64,000 nucleotides of DNA, taken from positions 4,400 to 68,399 of the forward strand of contig VBKG01000312.1 in NCBI GenBank assembly GCA_005879585.1. The letters are read 5' to 3'. The position numbers and the translations under genes were made by a program. Under the pieces are notes generated by a model. It was not told where the DNA came from. It saw only the letters and a list, made by a program, of their open reading frames with translations, and did no database searches. Source of the stretch: Deltaproteobacteria bacterium. GTDB taxonomy: Bacteria; Desulfobacterota; Binatia; DP-6. Positions 1 through 9,644 of this stretch are shown here, piece by piece (position 1 is the stretch's first letter; every line of letters starts with the position of its first letter).

Positions 1-4
1 CGCG

Positions 5-541
5 ATGACCGGCTGGAACGTGCTCGCGACCTCGCTCGAGGGACAGCGAGACACGCTCCTCTCGCTGCTGCGGCGGTTCGGCCGGTTCCGCCGGGCCGGG
101 TATCGCAACGTCGTCGTCGGCCGGGTGGACGACGTGCCGGCCGTGCTCGACGGGGTGCGGGACGCGCTCGCGAGCGATCCCTTCCTGCCGAGCGTGCTCG
201 CCAAGCTGCTGCCGATCGAGAGGACCGTACGGATCGAACCGCGCACGGCCGTCGCGACGCTCGTCGACGCCGCCGAGCCGTTCCTCGACCGCCTCGCCGG
301 CGGCTCCTTCTTCGTCCGCCTCGAGCGCCGGGGTCTCAAAGGCCAGCTCCACACGCCAACGCTCGAGCGCGAGGTGGCCGAGCCGATCTGGCGAGCCCTC
401 GAGCGCCGGGGCGCGACTCCCCGGGTCGATTTCGCGGACCCCGACAGCATTCTCGTGATCGAGACGGTCGGCGAGGAGGCCGGGCTCGCCGTGCTCGGCC
501 GCGCGCTGCGCCGCGACTACCCGTTCATCAAGGTCCGCTAA
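5..541 (+). CDS. THUMP-domain-like protein (may be 5'-truncated at window edge)
   Basis: 178-aa ORF with ATG at 5 and TAA at 539-541; hairpin immediately downstream. Confidence 0.55.
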   Translation: MTGWNVLATSLEGQRDTLLSLLRRFGRFRRAGYRNVVVGRVDDVPAVLDGVRDALASDPFLPSVLAKLLPIERTVRIEPRTAVATLVDAAEPFLDRLAGGSFFVRLERRGLKGQLHTPTLEREVAEPIWRALERRGATPRVDFADPDSILVIETVGEEAGLAVLGRALRRDYPFIKVR

Positions 542-546
542 GAAGC

Positions 547-571
547 CGACCCGAGACTTCGTCTCGGGTCG
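547..571. repeat. 25-nt perfect hairpin CGACCCGAGAC-TTC-GTCTCGGGTCG directly after the stop of the 5..541 gene (REP-like / terminator-like)
   Basis: 11-bp stem and 3-nt loop read directly; an identical element in inverted orientation lies at 721-745. Confidence 0.6.
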
Positions 572-720
572 GGTGTCCGAAGCGAGCATGGGGTGTCGGT
601 GCGTCGAATGCGCTTTTTTTCGGGATTCACCCCGCCGTTCCGGAAAAGTCTGCGGCGCCGGCTCTGTCGGCCGCCGCATGGCGCGCGCGTCGGTCACCGG
701 GCGACATTTCGGGGTCCGGC

Positions 721-745
721 CGACCCGAGACGAAGTCTCGGGTCG
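721..745. repeat. Inverted copy of the 25-nt hairpin (loop GAA), directly after the stop of the convergent 751..2490 gene
   Basis: Exact reverse complement of 547-571; both convergent transcripts would end in the same RNA hairpin. Confidence 0.6.
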
Positions 746-750
746 ATCTC

Positions 751-2490
751 CTAGAGCTGCGTCGACCCGAGGAGGTTTCCGCCGAGGCGTGCGTGGCCGA
801 CGCGCGGATCGCCGATCACGTTCACCACCGACGACTTGCCCGACGCCATCGCGCGCTCGAGCGCCGGCCGGATCTCGTCGGGACGCGTCACGTGCTCGCC
901 GTGACAGCCGATCGCCTCGAACATCCGGTCGTAACGGAGGTCGGGAAGCATATCGAAGGGGTCGACCCGACCCTTCAGCATCGGCATCTGGTCGAAGCTC
1001 GGTCCCCAGGAGCTGTTGTTCCAGAGGACGACGACGAGGGGCAGCCGGTGCTTGAGCGCCGTCTCGAGCTCCATCGCGCCGATGCCGAAGCCGCCGTCCC
1101 CGATGACGACGATCACCTGCTTTCCCGGACGAGCGAGCTGCGCCCCGATCCCCATGCCGATGCCATGCCCGACGGGGGCCAGGGGTCCCGCGTCGACGAC
1201 CTGGCCGGCGAAGCGCGCACCGAAGCACTGCGAGAGCCATCCCGACAGCGTGAAGCTGTCGACCACGAGAGTGGCATCGTCGTCCATGGCGGCGACGAGG
1301 TCGTGCACGAGGCGCGCGGGATGGATCGGCACGGCGTCGTGCACCGCGCTCGTCTGCTCGGCGAGAGCCCGATCGAACGTGGCGCGGACGTCCGCGGCCG
1401 CGCGTCGCCAGGCCGCATACGGCGCGCCGTCGAGGCCGCGCGCCCTGGCGCCGTTCAGCAGCTGGGCGAGAACGAGCTTCGGGTCGCCGGCGATCGCGAT
1501 CTCCGCCGGCACGTGCCAGCCGATGCGCTCCGGTGCGGCATCCACCTGGATGTACGTGGCCGCGCCGTTCCACGTGGGTGGTCGGCCGAAGTGCTCGCCA
1601 CTCCAGAACTTGAAACCGACCGCCAGCACGACGTCGGCGCCGCCCGTGAGCGGCTTCTTCCACGCGCCGCGCACGGCCAGGGGATGGTCCTCCGGGACGG
1701 CGCCCTGGGCGGCACGTCGCGTGTACACCGGGATCTCGAGCTGCGCGGCGAAGGCCAGCAGCTCCGGCGCGGCGTCGGACCAGAACACCCCGTCGCCCGC
1801 GACGATGAGCGGGCGCGTGGCGTGCGCGAGCGCGTCGAGCGCGCGTTCGACGGCGGCGGGGTCGGCGGCGCTGCGCAGCTCCGAGGGGGCATAGAGGCGC
1901 GCGCCGGGGAGCTGCCGCGCCACGTCGCCCTCCTCGTAGAGGACGTTCGTCGGGATCTCGACGACCGCCGGGCCGGGCGGCGGGCTCAGGGCGGCGCGAA
2001 AGCCCGACCGTAGATCCACCTCGATCGTGGACCAGTCGAGGACGCGCTTCGTGAACTTCGAGAACGTCCGGCAGATCTCGCTGCCGTACGCTTCCTGGAA
2101 CGAGCCGAGCTGATCTTCGGTCGTCGGGTGCTGGCCCGCGATGCAGACGACGGCGCTGCCCGCGAGCCCCGCGACGCAGAGTCCGGTGACCGCGTTCGTG
2201 AGCCCGCAGCCGGCGGTGACGGACAGCACGCCGGGCCGCGCGCTCGTCCGCGCATATCCGTCGGCGGCGTAGCTGCACGATTGCTCGTGACGCATGTGGA
2301 TCATCTGCACGCCGTGGTCGCGGAGGTGCGCCAGGATCGGCCAGATGTGGCCCCCGTTCACCGTGAACAGGTACCGGACACCGGCGTCGTGGAGGACACG
2401 TGCGACGAGGGCACCGCCGTCGGTGCGTGCCGCCGCCGGCCCCGCCGCCGCGCGGCCGAGCGACTCGCCCATCTTGCGCGTTCCCTCCAT
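751..2490 (-). CDS. Thiamine-pyrophosphate-dependent enzyme (acetolactate synthase large-subunit-like)
   Basis: 579 aa; GDG(X)24-27N TPP-binding region (VVIGDGGFGIGAMELETALKHRLPLVVVLWNNSSWG), three-domain TPP-enzyme layout. Confidence 0.85.
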   Translation of the reverse strand: MEGTRKMGESLGRAAAGPAAARTDGGALVARVLHDAGVRYLFTVNGGHIWPILAHLRDHGVQMIHMRHEQSCSYAADGYARTSARPGVLSVTAGCGLTNAVTGLCVAGLAGSAVVCIAGQHPTTEDQLGSFQEAYGSEICRTFSKFTKRVLDWSTIEVDLRSGFRAALSPPPGPAVVEIPTNVLYEEGDVARQLPGARLYAPSELRSAADPAAVERALDALAHATRPLIVAGDGVFWSDAAPELLAFAAQLEIPVYTRRAAQGAVPEDHPLAVRGAWKKPLTGGADVVLAVGFKFWSGEHFGRPPTWNGAATYIQVDAAPERIGWHVPAEIAIAGDPKLVLAQLLNGARARGLDGAPYAAWRRAAADVRATFDRALAEQTSAVHDAVPIHPARLVHDLVAAMDDDATLVVDSFTLSGWLSQCFGARFAGQVVDAGPLAPVGHGIGMGIGAQLARPGKQVIVVIGDGGFGIGAMELETALKHRLPLVVVLWNNSSWGPSFDQMPMLKGRVDPFDMLPDLRYDRMFEAIGCHGEHVTRPDEIRPALERAMASGKSSVVNVIGDPRVGHARLGGNLLGSTQL

Positions 2491-2554
2491 CGCCGCGGCT
2501 GTAGCAAGGCGAACCCGCGCGAGGCAAGCAACCGTCCGTCACGGGTAGCGGGGC

Positions 2555-2956
2555 GTGACAAGCGGGGGTCGCGTGACTATCGTGGCGCGGATGACGGGTC
2601 GAGAGGCATTGCTCAGCGCGTTCGACCGGCTGTTCGACGCGGCGGCCAAGAAGCTGAACGTCGCCTGCACGCCCGAGGAACGCACCGAGGCCAAGGAGCA
2701 GTTCGCGAGCCGATTCGACGCGGCGCTCGAGGTTGCCAAGGGCGTCCAGGTCGCGGCGCTTCCCGAGGAAGCGCTCGCGCAGATGGAGGCCGCGATCGAG
2801 CAGCTGTCGCCGGCCGAGCTCGCGGGCGTCATCGCCTCGATCCCGCTTGCCCAGCAGACGCACGAGATGCTGCGCGCCGTGGCCTTCCGGCAGGCGGAGC
2901 AGCGTTTGCTCGAGCATATGGCGGGTCAGGCCGATACACGCTACGGCGGGAACTGA
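2555..2956 (+). CDS. Hypothetical protein
   Basis: 133-aa ORF with protein-like composition; alternative GTG 2573 has a GGGGG Shine-Dalgarno 6 nt upstream. Confidence 0.4.
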   Translation: MTSGGRVTIVARMTGREALLSAFDRLFDAAAKKLNVACTPEERTEAKEQFASRFDAALEVAKGVQVAALPEEALAQMEAAIEQLSPAELAGVIASIPLAQQTHEMLRAVAFRQAEQRLLEHMAGQADTRYGGN

Positions 2957-3033
2957 GCGGGCTGCCGCCTAGCTTCCTCTTTTCCCTTCTGTGCGTTGAC
3001 CTTCGACGAGGGCGCTGGTAGCTTGCGCGCGCC

Positions 3034-3480
3034 GTGGCGGAGACGCGCGCTAAGGTGATCGAGGTCGACTTCGCCGCCCGCCGCCGGGTGCGGCCGGTTC
3101 GGCGGCCACAGGCCGTGCGGATCCAGCAGCTGAGCGCCGTCCACGCGCTCCGCCGGTCGGGAGACTTCGTCGTGTTCTGGCGGCCGCCGGCGCGGCGCCA
3201 CGCCGGCGAGTATCTCGGGGGACGATGGGACTGGGGCTGGACGCTGTTCGTGTGGACGAGCGATTCGGCGGTCGGCCCGGTGTGGGGCGACCTGGTGAAC
3301 GGCCGGGGATACGTTCCGCAACGGATGAGCCGCTCCGGGTTCTTCGCGTTCCTGCGGCGCGCCAGCGACGTCGGCGGACTCCTCATGGACGGCGAACTCG
3401 ACGGCGGTGGCCACGTGATCCGTGCCGATACGGAACAGCTGATCCGGCGTGACGAAGCGCTCGTCGCACTCGGACGCTGA
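3034..3480 (+). CDS. Hypothetical protein
   Basis: 148-aa ORF with GTG start, aromatic-rich non-repetitive sequence. Confidence 0.4.
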   Translation: MAETRAKVIEVDFAARRRVRPVRRPQAVRIQQLSAVHALRRSGDFVVFWRPPARRHAGEYLGGRWDWGWTLFVWTSDSAVGPVWGDLVNGRGYVPQRMSRSGFFAFLRRASDVGGLLMDGELDGGGHVIRADTEQLIRRDEALVALGR

Positions 3481-3518
3481 CGGACCTGCCGCCGTCAGGC
3501 GGCGCTGAGGTAGCGGGG

Positions 3519-4700
3519 ATGAGGGGAACGGGACGCGTACTGATGGTGGCGGCGTGGGGCGCGCTCATCGCCTCTGCGGCGGCAGCCAGGACCCACCGGC
3601 CCGAGGCCACAACCGCCGCAACCCAGCCGGCCGCCTACCTCGTTCTCGACGCGGACAGCGGCACCGTGCTCGCCGAGCACGAGGCCCACCGCCGCTGGCC
3701 GCCGGCGTCCATGACCAAGATGATGACCGTCCTCATCGCCATGGAGCGCGTGCAGGACGGCTCGCTGTCGCTCGACACGCCGGTGCACACGTCGGCATGG
3801 GCGAGCCGCATCGGCGGCTCGCAGGTCTACCTCGCCGCGGGCGAGACCTTTCCGCTCGGCGAGATGCTGAAGGCGATCATGATCGCCTCCGCCAACGACG
3901 CCGCCGTCGCCGTGGCCGAGCACATCGCGGGATCGTCGGCCGCCTTCGTCGAGCTGATGAACGCGCGCGCGAAGGCCCTCGGTCTCGCGGACACGACGTA
4001 CCAGAGCCCGCACGGTCTGCCGCCGGGCAAGGGACAGACGGCCGACATCACGAGCGCGCACGACCTGGCGGTGCTCGGGCGCGAGCTCATGAAGTTCCCG
4101 GAGGTGATGCGCTGGGCGGGGATGCCGGCCGCGGGGTTCCGGAACGACACCTTGCAGATGTCGAACACGAACCACCTGGTCCGCACCTATCCGGGCGCGA
4201 CGGGCCTCAAGACGGGCTACTATCAGGAAGCCGGCTTCGAGGTGACCGCGACCGCGACACGCAACGACCTGCGGCTCATCGCCGTCGTCCTCGGCGTCGT
4301 CACCAAGCCGGGGTGTTTTGCAGAAGCGGCCCGCCTGATGAACGACGCGTTCGCCAACTATCGGGTGATTGCTGCGGCGCATCGTGCGGCGGTCGTGAGC
4401 GAGGTACCGGTTGCCGGCGGCACCGACGACCGTGTGAAGGCGCTCGCGACCGGCGACCTCCTGCTGCTCGTGAAGCGGGCCGAGGACCGCGGAATCGTCG
4501 TCGAAGCGCGCGTGCCGCGGCTGCTGCAGGCGCCGGTCAGTCGGAGTCAGCCACTCGGTGATGTGGTCGTGCGTCGCGGTGCCGAGGAGCTCGGCAAGGT
4601 CACGGTCGTCGCCGATCGGGACGTCGAGGCGACCGGCTGGCTCTCGTGGCTCTGGAACCGAGCGTTGTCGGGGCGGACGGCTCGCAGCGCGGCGCGCTGA
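3519..4700 (+). CDS. Serine-type D-Ala-D-Ala carboxypeptidase (PBP5/6 family)
   Basis: Signal peptide; SxxK (SMTK), SxN (SAN) and KTG motifs. Confidence 0.9.
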   Translation: MRGTGRVLMVAAWGALIASAAAARTHRPEATTAATQPAAYLVLDADSGTVLAEHEAHRRWPPASMTKMMTVLIAMERVQDGSLSLDTPVHTSAWASRIGGSQVYLAAGETFPLGEMLKAIMIASANDAAVAVAEHIAGSSAAFVELMNARAKALGLADTTYQSPHGLPPGKGQTADITSAHDLAVLGRELMKFPEVMRWAGMPAAGFRNDTLQMSNTNHLVRTYPGATGLKTGYYQEAGFEVTATATRNDLRLIAVVLGVVTKPGCFAEAARLMNDAFANYRVIAAAHRAAVVSEVPVAGGTDDRVKALATGDLLLLVKRAEDRGIVVEARVPRLLQAPVSRSQPLGDVVVRRGAEELGKVTVVADRDVEATGWLSWLWNRALSGRTARSAAR

Positions 4701-4733
4701 GCGACCGGTCGAACCGCCGGCTTTCGAGCGACT

Positions 4734-4952
4734 TCAGGCCCGGACCGCCGCCTCCGGTGCCTCGACGCAGATGTCGTCGGGCAGCACCATGAGGGACGGA
4801 CCGGAGTCGAAGTCGACGAAGACCAGGATTCGGCCGATGTTTTCGAGCGCGTAGCGAATCGTACCCGCGGTCTCGCGCGGCAGTTGGCCGCGGTGATGAG
4901 CGACCGGGCGAACCGTGCGACATCGCGTTCCGCAGAGCGTTCGGTCCATCAC
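4734..4952 (-). CDS. Possible small hypothetical protein
   Basis: 72-aa ORF in an otherwise gene-free 440-bp gap; no recognisable family. Confidence 0.2.
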   Translation of the reverse strand: MMDRTLCGTRCRTVRPVAHHRGQLPRETAGTIRYALENIGRILVFVDFDSGPSLMVLPDDICVEAPEAAVRA

Positions 4953-5136
4953 TGCTCATGCGTAGCAACCCGCGTACCAGCCTCGAAATCCATTGAGGCG
5001 CAGAATTCTGTGGGTCCGATAAGTCGGCATTCCCGCCACGTCGCCACGAAACCGCTCACGGCTGCGCGGTTTCACGAGTGTCGCGCGCGACGGCGGCGGG
5101 TTTGAGAGTCGAAAGGGTCGCCGGTAGCGTTCGAGC

Positions 5137-5448
5137 ATGGTTCGCATCCGGCTTGGCCACGCCAGGCCGCACATGCACCTCGGGCGCGCGGTGCTCGGGG
5201 CGGATGGGTGCGTGCTGGCGGGGGCCGGGACGACGCTCGGGCCGGCGGTGATTCGCTCGCTCGCACGGCTCGGCGTGCGTAGCGTCGAGGTCGTGGAGGA
5301 CGGCGAGGTGGCTGCGTGGGAGGAGGACAAGGATCCGATTCGCGCGCTCGCCGATCTCGAGGCACGGTTTGCCGGGGAGCCGGCAGACCCGATCCTCGAG
5401 CTCTTGAAGCAGGCGCTCGCGCGGTACCTCCAGGCGGGCACGTGCTGA
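5137..5448 (+). CDS. Hypothetical protein, first gene of the HDOD/sigma-54 activator operon
   Basis: 103 aa; its TGA overlaps the GTG of the next gene (GTGCTGA). Confidence 0.45.
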   Translation: MVRIRLGHARPHMHLGRAVLGADGCVLAGAGTTLGPAVIRSLARLGVRSVEVVEDGEVAAWEEDKDPIRALADLEARFAGEPADPILELLKQALARYLQAGTC

Positions 5449-6278
5449 GCGACGGCGAGGAGATGCGGCGCCGCGTCGAACGGCTCCGCGATCTGCCGAC
5501 GCTGCCGATCGTGATCGAGCGCGTCATCGAGACGCTCGACCGGCCGGACGGCGGCCACGCCGAGGCGGCGGCGCTCATCGAGACCGACCAGGTGCTGACC
5601 GCCCAGCTGCTCCGGGTCGCCAACTGCGCCTTCTACGGGCTCTCGGGCACGATCGCCTCCGTCGGCCAGGCGCTCACGATCCTCGGCACGACCGTCGCCC
5701 GGAGCCTCGTCTGCACGACCGCGCTGCTCGACCTGCGCATCGAGCTCCGCGGCTTCTGGGAGCACTCCGTCGGCACGGCGGTGGCAGCGGGTGCCATCGC
5801 CCGCCATCTCCGCCTTCCCCATCCGGAGGAGATCTCCGGGGCCGGTCTCCTGCACGACCTCGGCAAGGTCGTGCTCTACCGTCAGGCGCCGGAGGTCTTC
5901 GCGGCGATCCTCGAGCGGGCCGCTACCGACGGCATCCGGTTCGGCGACGCGGAGCGCATCCTCCTCGGCGTCGACCACACGGAGATCGCAGGGTGGCTGC
6001 TCGCGCGCTGGCGCGTCCCCGCGCGGGTCCTCGAACCGGTCGTGTTTCACCATGCCCCCGAGCGCGCGCGGACGGCGCCCACGGAAGCCGCGATCGTGCA
6101 CGTCGCCAACACGCTCGTGCGCGCATACGGCTACGGCTTCGGTGGCGACGGCCGCATCCCGGCGATCGCGCCGGCGGCGTGGGAGCGTCTCGGCCTCGGT
6201 CCGCGCGACCTCGACCGCGTGATCGCGTCGTTCGAGGCGGATCTCCTGCGCGCCTGCGAGGCGATGGCGCAGCATTGA
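5442..6278 (+). CDS. HDOD domain protein
   Basis: HD-related output domain (LLHDLGK, FHHAPE); GTG 5442 or ATG 5463 start; TGA shares the A with the next ATG. Confidence 0.8.
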   Translation: MLSDGEEMRRRVERLRDLPTLPIVIERVIETLDRPDGGHAEAAALIETDQVLTAQLLRVANCAFYGLSGTIASVGQALTILGTTVARSLVCTTALLDLRIELRGFWEHSVGTAVAAGAIARHLRLPHPEEISGAGLLHDLGKVVLYRQAPEVFAAILERAATDGIRFGDAERILLGVDHTEIAGWLLARWRVPARVLEPVVFHHAPERARTAPTEAAIVHVANTLVRAYGYGFGGDGRIPAIAPAAWERLGLGPRDLDRVIASFEADLLRACEAMAQH

Positions 6279-7798
6279 TGGAGGAGAAGCGACTCGAGCG
6301 GGCGCTGCGCGAGGCGAGCAGCGCGCTCATCCACCGTCTCGAGGAGCTCTCGTTCCTCCGTGTCGTCGGCGACTCCCTGGTCGGCGAGAACGAGCCCGAT
6401 GCAGTCGCGCGGCGGCTCGTCGGTCTCTTGTGCGACGAGTTGGGCCTCGAGTTCGCGGGCTTCTGGACGGTCGACGATGCCGCCGGCGGCCTCCGCCTCG
6501 CCGCGTGCGCGCCCCCTGCGACCGCACCTGACGCGCCGCTCGTCCCCTTCACCGCGGGCCCGCTCGGCGCCGCCGTCGCGGGGACACCCGTGCGCGCCGT
6601 CGACCTCGGGCCTGACGCGGCGCTCCCGCCCGATGCGGCCGGCCTCGCCTCCTGGCTTTGCTTTCCGATCGTCGCCCGCGGCCGGACGGTTGCGGTCCTC
6701 GTGCTCGGCGCGGCGCGGACGGGCGCCATCGACGACGAGCACGAGCGGCTGCTGGCGCTCGTCGCCCCGACCGTCGCTCTGGCGCTCGAGAGCGCGACGC
6801 TCGTCGAGCGTCTCGCGTCGGAGAACCGCACGCTCCGGACCGAGCTCGGCGAACGCGCTGCGCCATGCGGTCTCGTTGGCACGAGCCCCGCTCTCCGCCG
6901 CCTCGTCGCCACGGTCGCTCGGCTTGCCGACAGCGACGTTACGGTGCTCGTGCTCGGCGCGAGCGGCACCGGCAAGGAGATGGTGGCGCGCGCGCTGCAT
7001 CACGGCGGCCGTGGCCGCGGGGCGCCGTTCGTGGCCGTCAACTGCGCAGCGTTGCCGGAGACGCTGCTCGAGAGCGAGCTCTTCGGAATCGAGCGCGGGG
7101 TAGCGACGGGTGTGGAGCGCCGCGCAGGGCTGATCGAGCGTGCCAATGGAGGGACGCTCTTTCTCGACGAGATCGGCGACATGAGCCCCGTCGTGCAGGC
7201 GAAGCTGCTGCGCGTCTTGCAGGAGCGCGAGGTGACGCGCGTCGGGGGCGCGCGCCCGATGCGGGTCGACGTCCGGGTGATCGCCGCCACCCATCGCGAC
7301 CTGGAGCACGCCGTCCGGGAAGGCGGATTCCGCGAGGACCTGTATTTCCGTCTCAAGGTGGCGACCGTCTCCGTGCCGACGCTCGCCGAGCGCAGCGAGG
7401 ACATCCCGCTGCTCGCACAGCATTTTCTCGCCCGGGCCGCGGCGCGCCATGGGCGCGCCGGTCTCCGCCTCGCGCCGGAGACGCTCGTCGCGCTCGCGGC
7501 GCGATCGTGGCCGGGAAACGTCCGCGAGCTCGAGAACGTGATCGAGCAGGCCGTCGTGATGGGCGATGGGCCCGTCATCGCGCCGGCCGACATCGGCGGC
7601 ACGGGCGGGGCGGCGCCAAGCCACGAGCTCGACTATCGCGGCGCGGTCGGCGCCGCGGTCGACCAGACCGAACGCGCGCTGATCGCGCGCGCCCTGGCGG
7701 CGGCCGGGCAGAACCGCACGGCCGCTGCGCGCCTCCTCGGCATCGGCCGGCGGACGCTGCTGTACAAGCTGAAGCGTTTCGGGCTCGTCGAGCCCTGA
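6278..7798 (+). CDS. Sigma-54-dependent transcriptional activator (GAF + AAA+ + Fis HTH)
   Basis: Walker A GASGTGKE, GAFTGA-like ESELFGIERG, C-terminal HTH; ATG 6278 inside the TGATG overlap. Confidence 0.9.
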   Translation: MEEKRLERALREASSALIHRLEELSFLRVVGDSLVGENEPDAVARRLVGLLCDELGLEFAGFWTVDDAAGGLRLAACAPPATAPDAPLVPFTAGPLGAAVAGTPVRAVDLGPDAALPPDAAGLASWLCFPIVARGRTVAVLVLGAARTGAIDDEHERLLALVAPTVALALESATLVERLASENRTLRTELGERAAPCGLVGTSPALRRLVATVARLADSDVTVLVLGASGTGKEMVARALHHGGRGRGAPFVAVNCAALPETLLESELFGIERGVATGVERRAGLIERANGGTLFLDEIGDMSPVVQAKLLRVLQEREVTRVGGARPMRVDVRVIAATHRDLEHAVREGGFREDLYFRLKVATVSVPTLAERSEDIPLLAQHFLARAAARHGRAGLRLAPETLVALAARSWPGNVRELENVIEQAVVMGDGPVIAPADIGGTGGAAPSHELDYRGAVGAAVDQTERALIARALAAAGQNRTAAARLLGIGRRTLLYKLKRFGLVEP

Positions 7799-7815
7799 CG
7801 CTGCGCGGCCCGTTG

Positions 7816-7847
7816 CACCGCTGCGCAATCGACCGCACAGCGGCCCG
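7816..7847 (+). terminator. Putative stem-loop terminator after the sigma-54 activator
   Basis: CCGCTGCG..CGCACAGCGG inverted repeat 18 nt after the stop; no U-tract. Confidence 0.3.
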
Positions 7848-8118
7848 GCGACGCACCGGCGCGCGGATGTCCGCGAGCGCCGGGGACAGGCGCGCACCGC
7901 GCCGCACACCCCCGCCGAAATCTTCCCGGCCGCGCGATGGTACGCGCGATGCGTTGGAGCGCCGCCATGGAGTCGCTGCCCGCGCTGCGCAGACCGAGAG
8001 CGGTCCTCGTTCCCGAGGTGCTGCCCCCGGCCTGGCCGTACGACGCCGAGCGGGCGCCTTCGACGGCCCCGCGTGAGTACGCACAATCGCCGGCGGCGGT
8101 CGGACTCCTGCTCGACGT

Positions 8119-8838
8119 CTACGGGTGAACCCGTAGGTCGAGAGTCGACCCGAGCTCGGCAAGCGTCCGGATGCACGTCACGCCGGCGGGCAGCCGCGGC
8201 AGGTGCCCGTCGCGCGCCAGCAGGACGGCCTGCAGGCCTGCCGCACGCGCGCCCTCGACGTCCGCCACGACGTCGTTGCCGACGTGCATCGCGCTCGCCG
8301 CCGCGACGCCGAGCGCGTCGAGCGCCGCGCGGAAGATGGCCGGATCGGGTTTGGCGGCCCCCGCGCGCGTCGAGTGGACGACGCAGTCGAGGAGGGGCGC
8401 CACGTCCAGGCCGTCGAGCAGCCCGGCCAGGCGGGCGTCGAAGTTCGAGACGATGCCGACGCGGAGCCCGCGCGCGCGGACCTCGCGCAGCGCTCCGGGC
8501 GCGTCAGGGAAGACCCGCCAGGCGGCCGGCTCCGCGTAGAGGTCGAACAGGTCCGCGAAGCACGCGTCGAAGCCGGGCGACGCGGCGGCGCCGCCGAACG
8601 TACGCCGAACGACCGCGTACCACCACGCGCGCTCGTGGTCGGGTAGGCGAACGGGACTCGCGCCGGGGAAGGCGAGCGGCGGGGCTCCGGCGAGGGCGGC
8701 CCGGAACGCCCGGTCGAGCTCCGTCGCGGTGACGCCGATGCCGTGGCGGGCGGCGACACGCGCGTATGTGACGCCCACGGGCTCGGCGACCTCGAACAGC
8801 GTGCCCGCGGCGTCCAGAGTGACGGCGCCGAGCGGCAT
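8119..8838 (-). CDS. HAD-family hydrolase
   Basis: 239 aa; motif I DAAGTLF, motif III GNDVVADVEGA; ATG 8838 overlaps the upstream TGA. Confidence 0.8.
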   Translation of the reverse strand: MPLGAVTLDAAGTLFEVAEPVGVTYARVAARHGIGVTATELDRAFRAALAGAPPLAFPGASPVRLPDHERAWWYAVVRRTFGGAAASPGFDACFADLFDLYAEPAAWRVFPDAPGALREVRARGLRVGIVSNFDARLAGLLDGLDVAPLLDCVVHSTRAGAAKPDPAIFRAALDALGVAAASAMHVGNDVVADVEGARAAGLQAVLLARDGHLPRLPAGVTCIRTLAELGSTLDLRVHP

Positions 8839-9644
8839 CAAGCGCGGCGCGCGGGATCTTGCAGCAGGAGGGTGGCGCCGTCGAGCTCGACGACCGCCGT
8901 TCCGTCCGCGCGGACGGGACGGAGGCCTTCGTCCTCGAGCCGTGCCACGAAACGGTCGAGCGGCTCGACGTCGATCGTGAGATGACGGAAGCCCTCTGCC
9001 GAGCCGGCGCTCTCGACGAGCTCGAGCTCGTAGCCCGCCAGCCGTAGCGTGCGCGAATTGCCGGCGCCGTCTCGCGACAGCTCGACCGGGAACGTCCGCC
9101 GGAACCACGCGAGCGCATCGTCGAGCGACCGCACGCCGACCACCGGCCGCCGCACGCGGAAGCGGATCCCGTCGCGCTCGGCGACCGGCTCCGTCGGGTG
9201 GTCGGCGGGCTGCTCGCCGCGCCAGCCCGGCACCTGCCAGAACTGGACGAGGATGCCGGGCGCGGTGCGCGGCGAGATGAAGGCCGTCTCGTCGCCGTTG
9301 CCGTAGTCGCCGCGGTCGACGATCCGGAGCCCGTCGCGCTCGAGCGCAGCCGTGTAGCCGTCCAGCTGGCCCTCCTCGACTTCGAGGGAGAGATGGTGCC
9401 ACCGCTCGCCGTACGCCGCGAGGAAGCGCTCGACGAAGCTGCCGCGCCGCGCGCTCTCGATCAGCTCGAGCTTCCGGTCGCCGAGGAAGAAGTCCGTCCA
9501 GTGGAACTCATCGTCGTAGCCCGAGCGGGGCGACATCCGGGGGCGGATCGGGAAGAGCCGCTGCCAGCGCGCCAGCGTGGGCTCGATCGCCCGCACCGCG
9601 ATCGATAGGTGGTCCACCCGCATGGCGGGAAAGGGTCCCGTCAT
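8838..9644 (-). CDS. VOC-family protein (tandem glyoxalase/dioxygenase-like domains)
   Basis: 268 aa, two VOC-like halves; ATGA overlap with the upstream gene. Confidence 0.75.
   Translation of the reverse strand: MTGPFPAMRVDHLSIAVRAIEPTLARWQRLFPIRPRMSPRSGYDDEFHWTDFFLGDRKLELIESARRGSFVERFLAAYGERWHHLSLEVEEGQLDGYTAALERDGLRIVDRGDYGNGDETAFISPRTAPGILVQFWQVPGWRGEQPADHPTEPVAERDGIRFRVRRPVVGVRSLDDALAWFRRTFPVELSRDGAGNSRTLRLAGYELELVESAGSAEGFRHLTIDVEPLDRFVARLEDEGLRPVRADGTAVVELDGATLLLQDPARRA

Noticed and set aside
573-1055. 160-aa plus-strand ORF starting between the two hairpins
   Set aside because: Runs antisense into the TPP-enzyme gene; Arg/Ser-rich; more likely the inter-hairpin spacer is non-coding.
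7937-8128. 63-aa ORF between the sigma-54 activator and the HAD operon
   Set aside because: No RBS, overlaps the 3' end of the minus-strand HAD gene region, no recognisable features.
6131-8176. 681-aa minus-strand ORF antisense to the sigma-54 activator
   Set aside because: Arg-rich and overlaps a strongly supported AAA+ regulator on the other strand.
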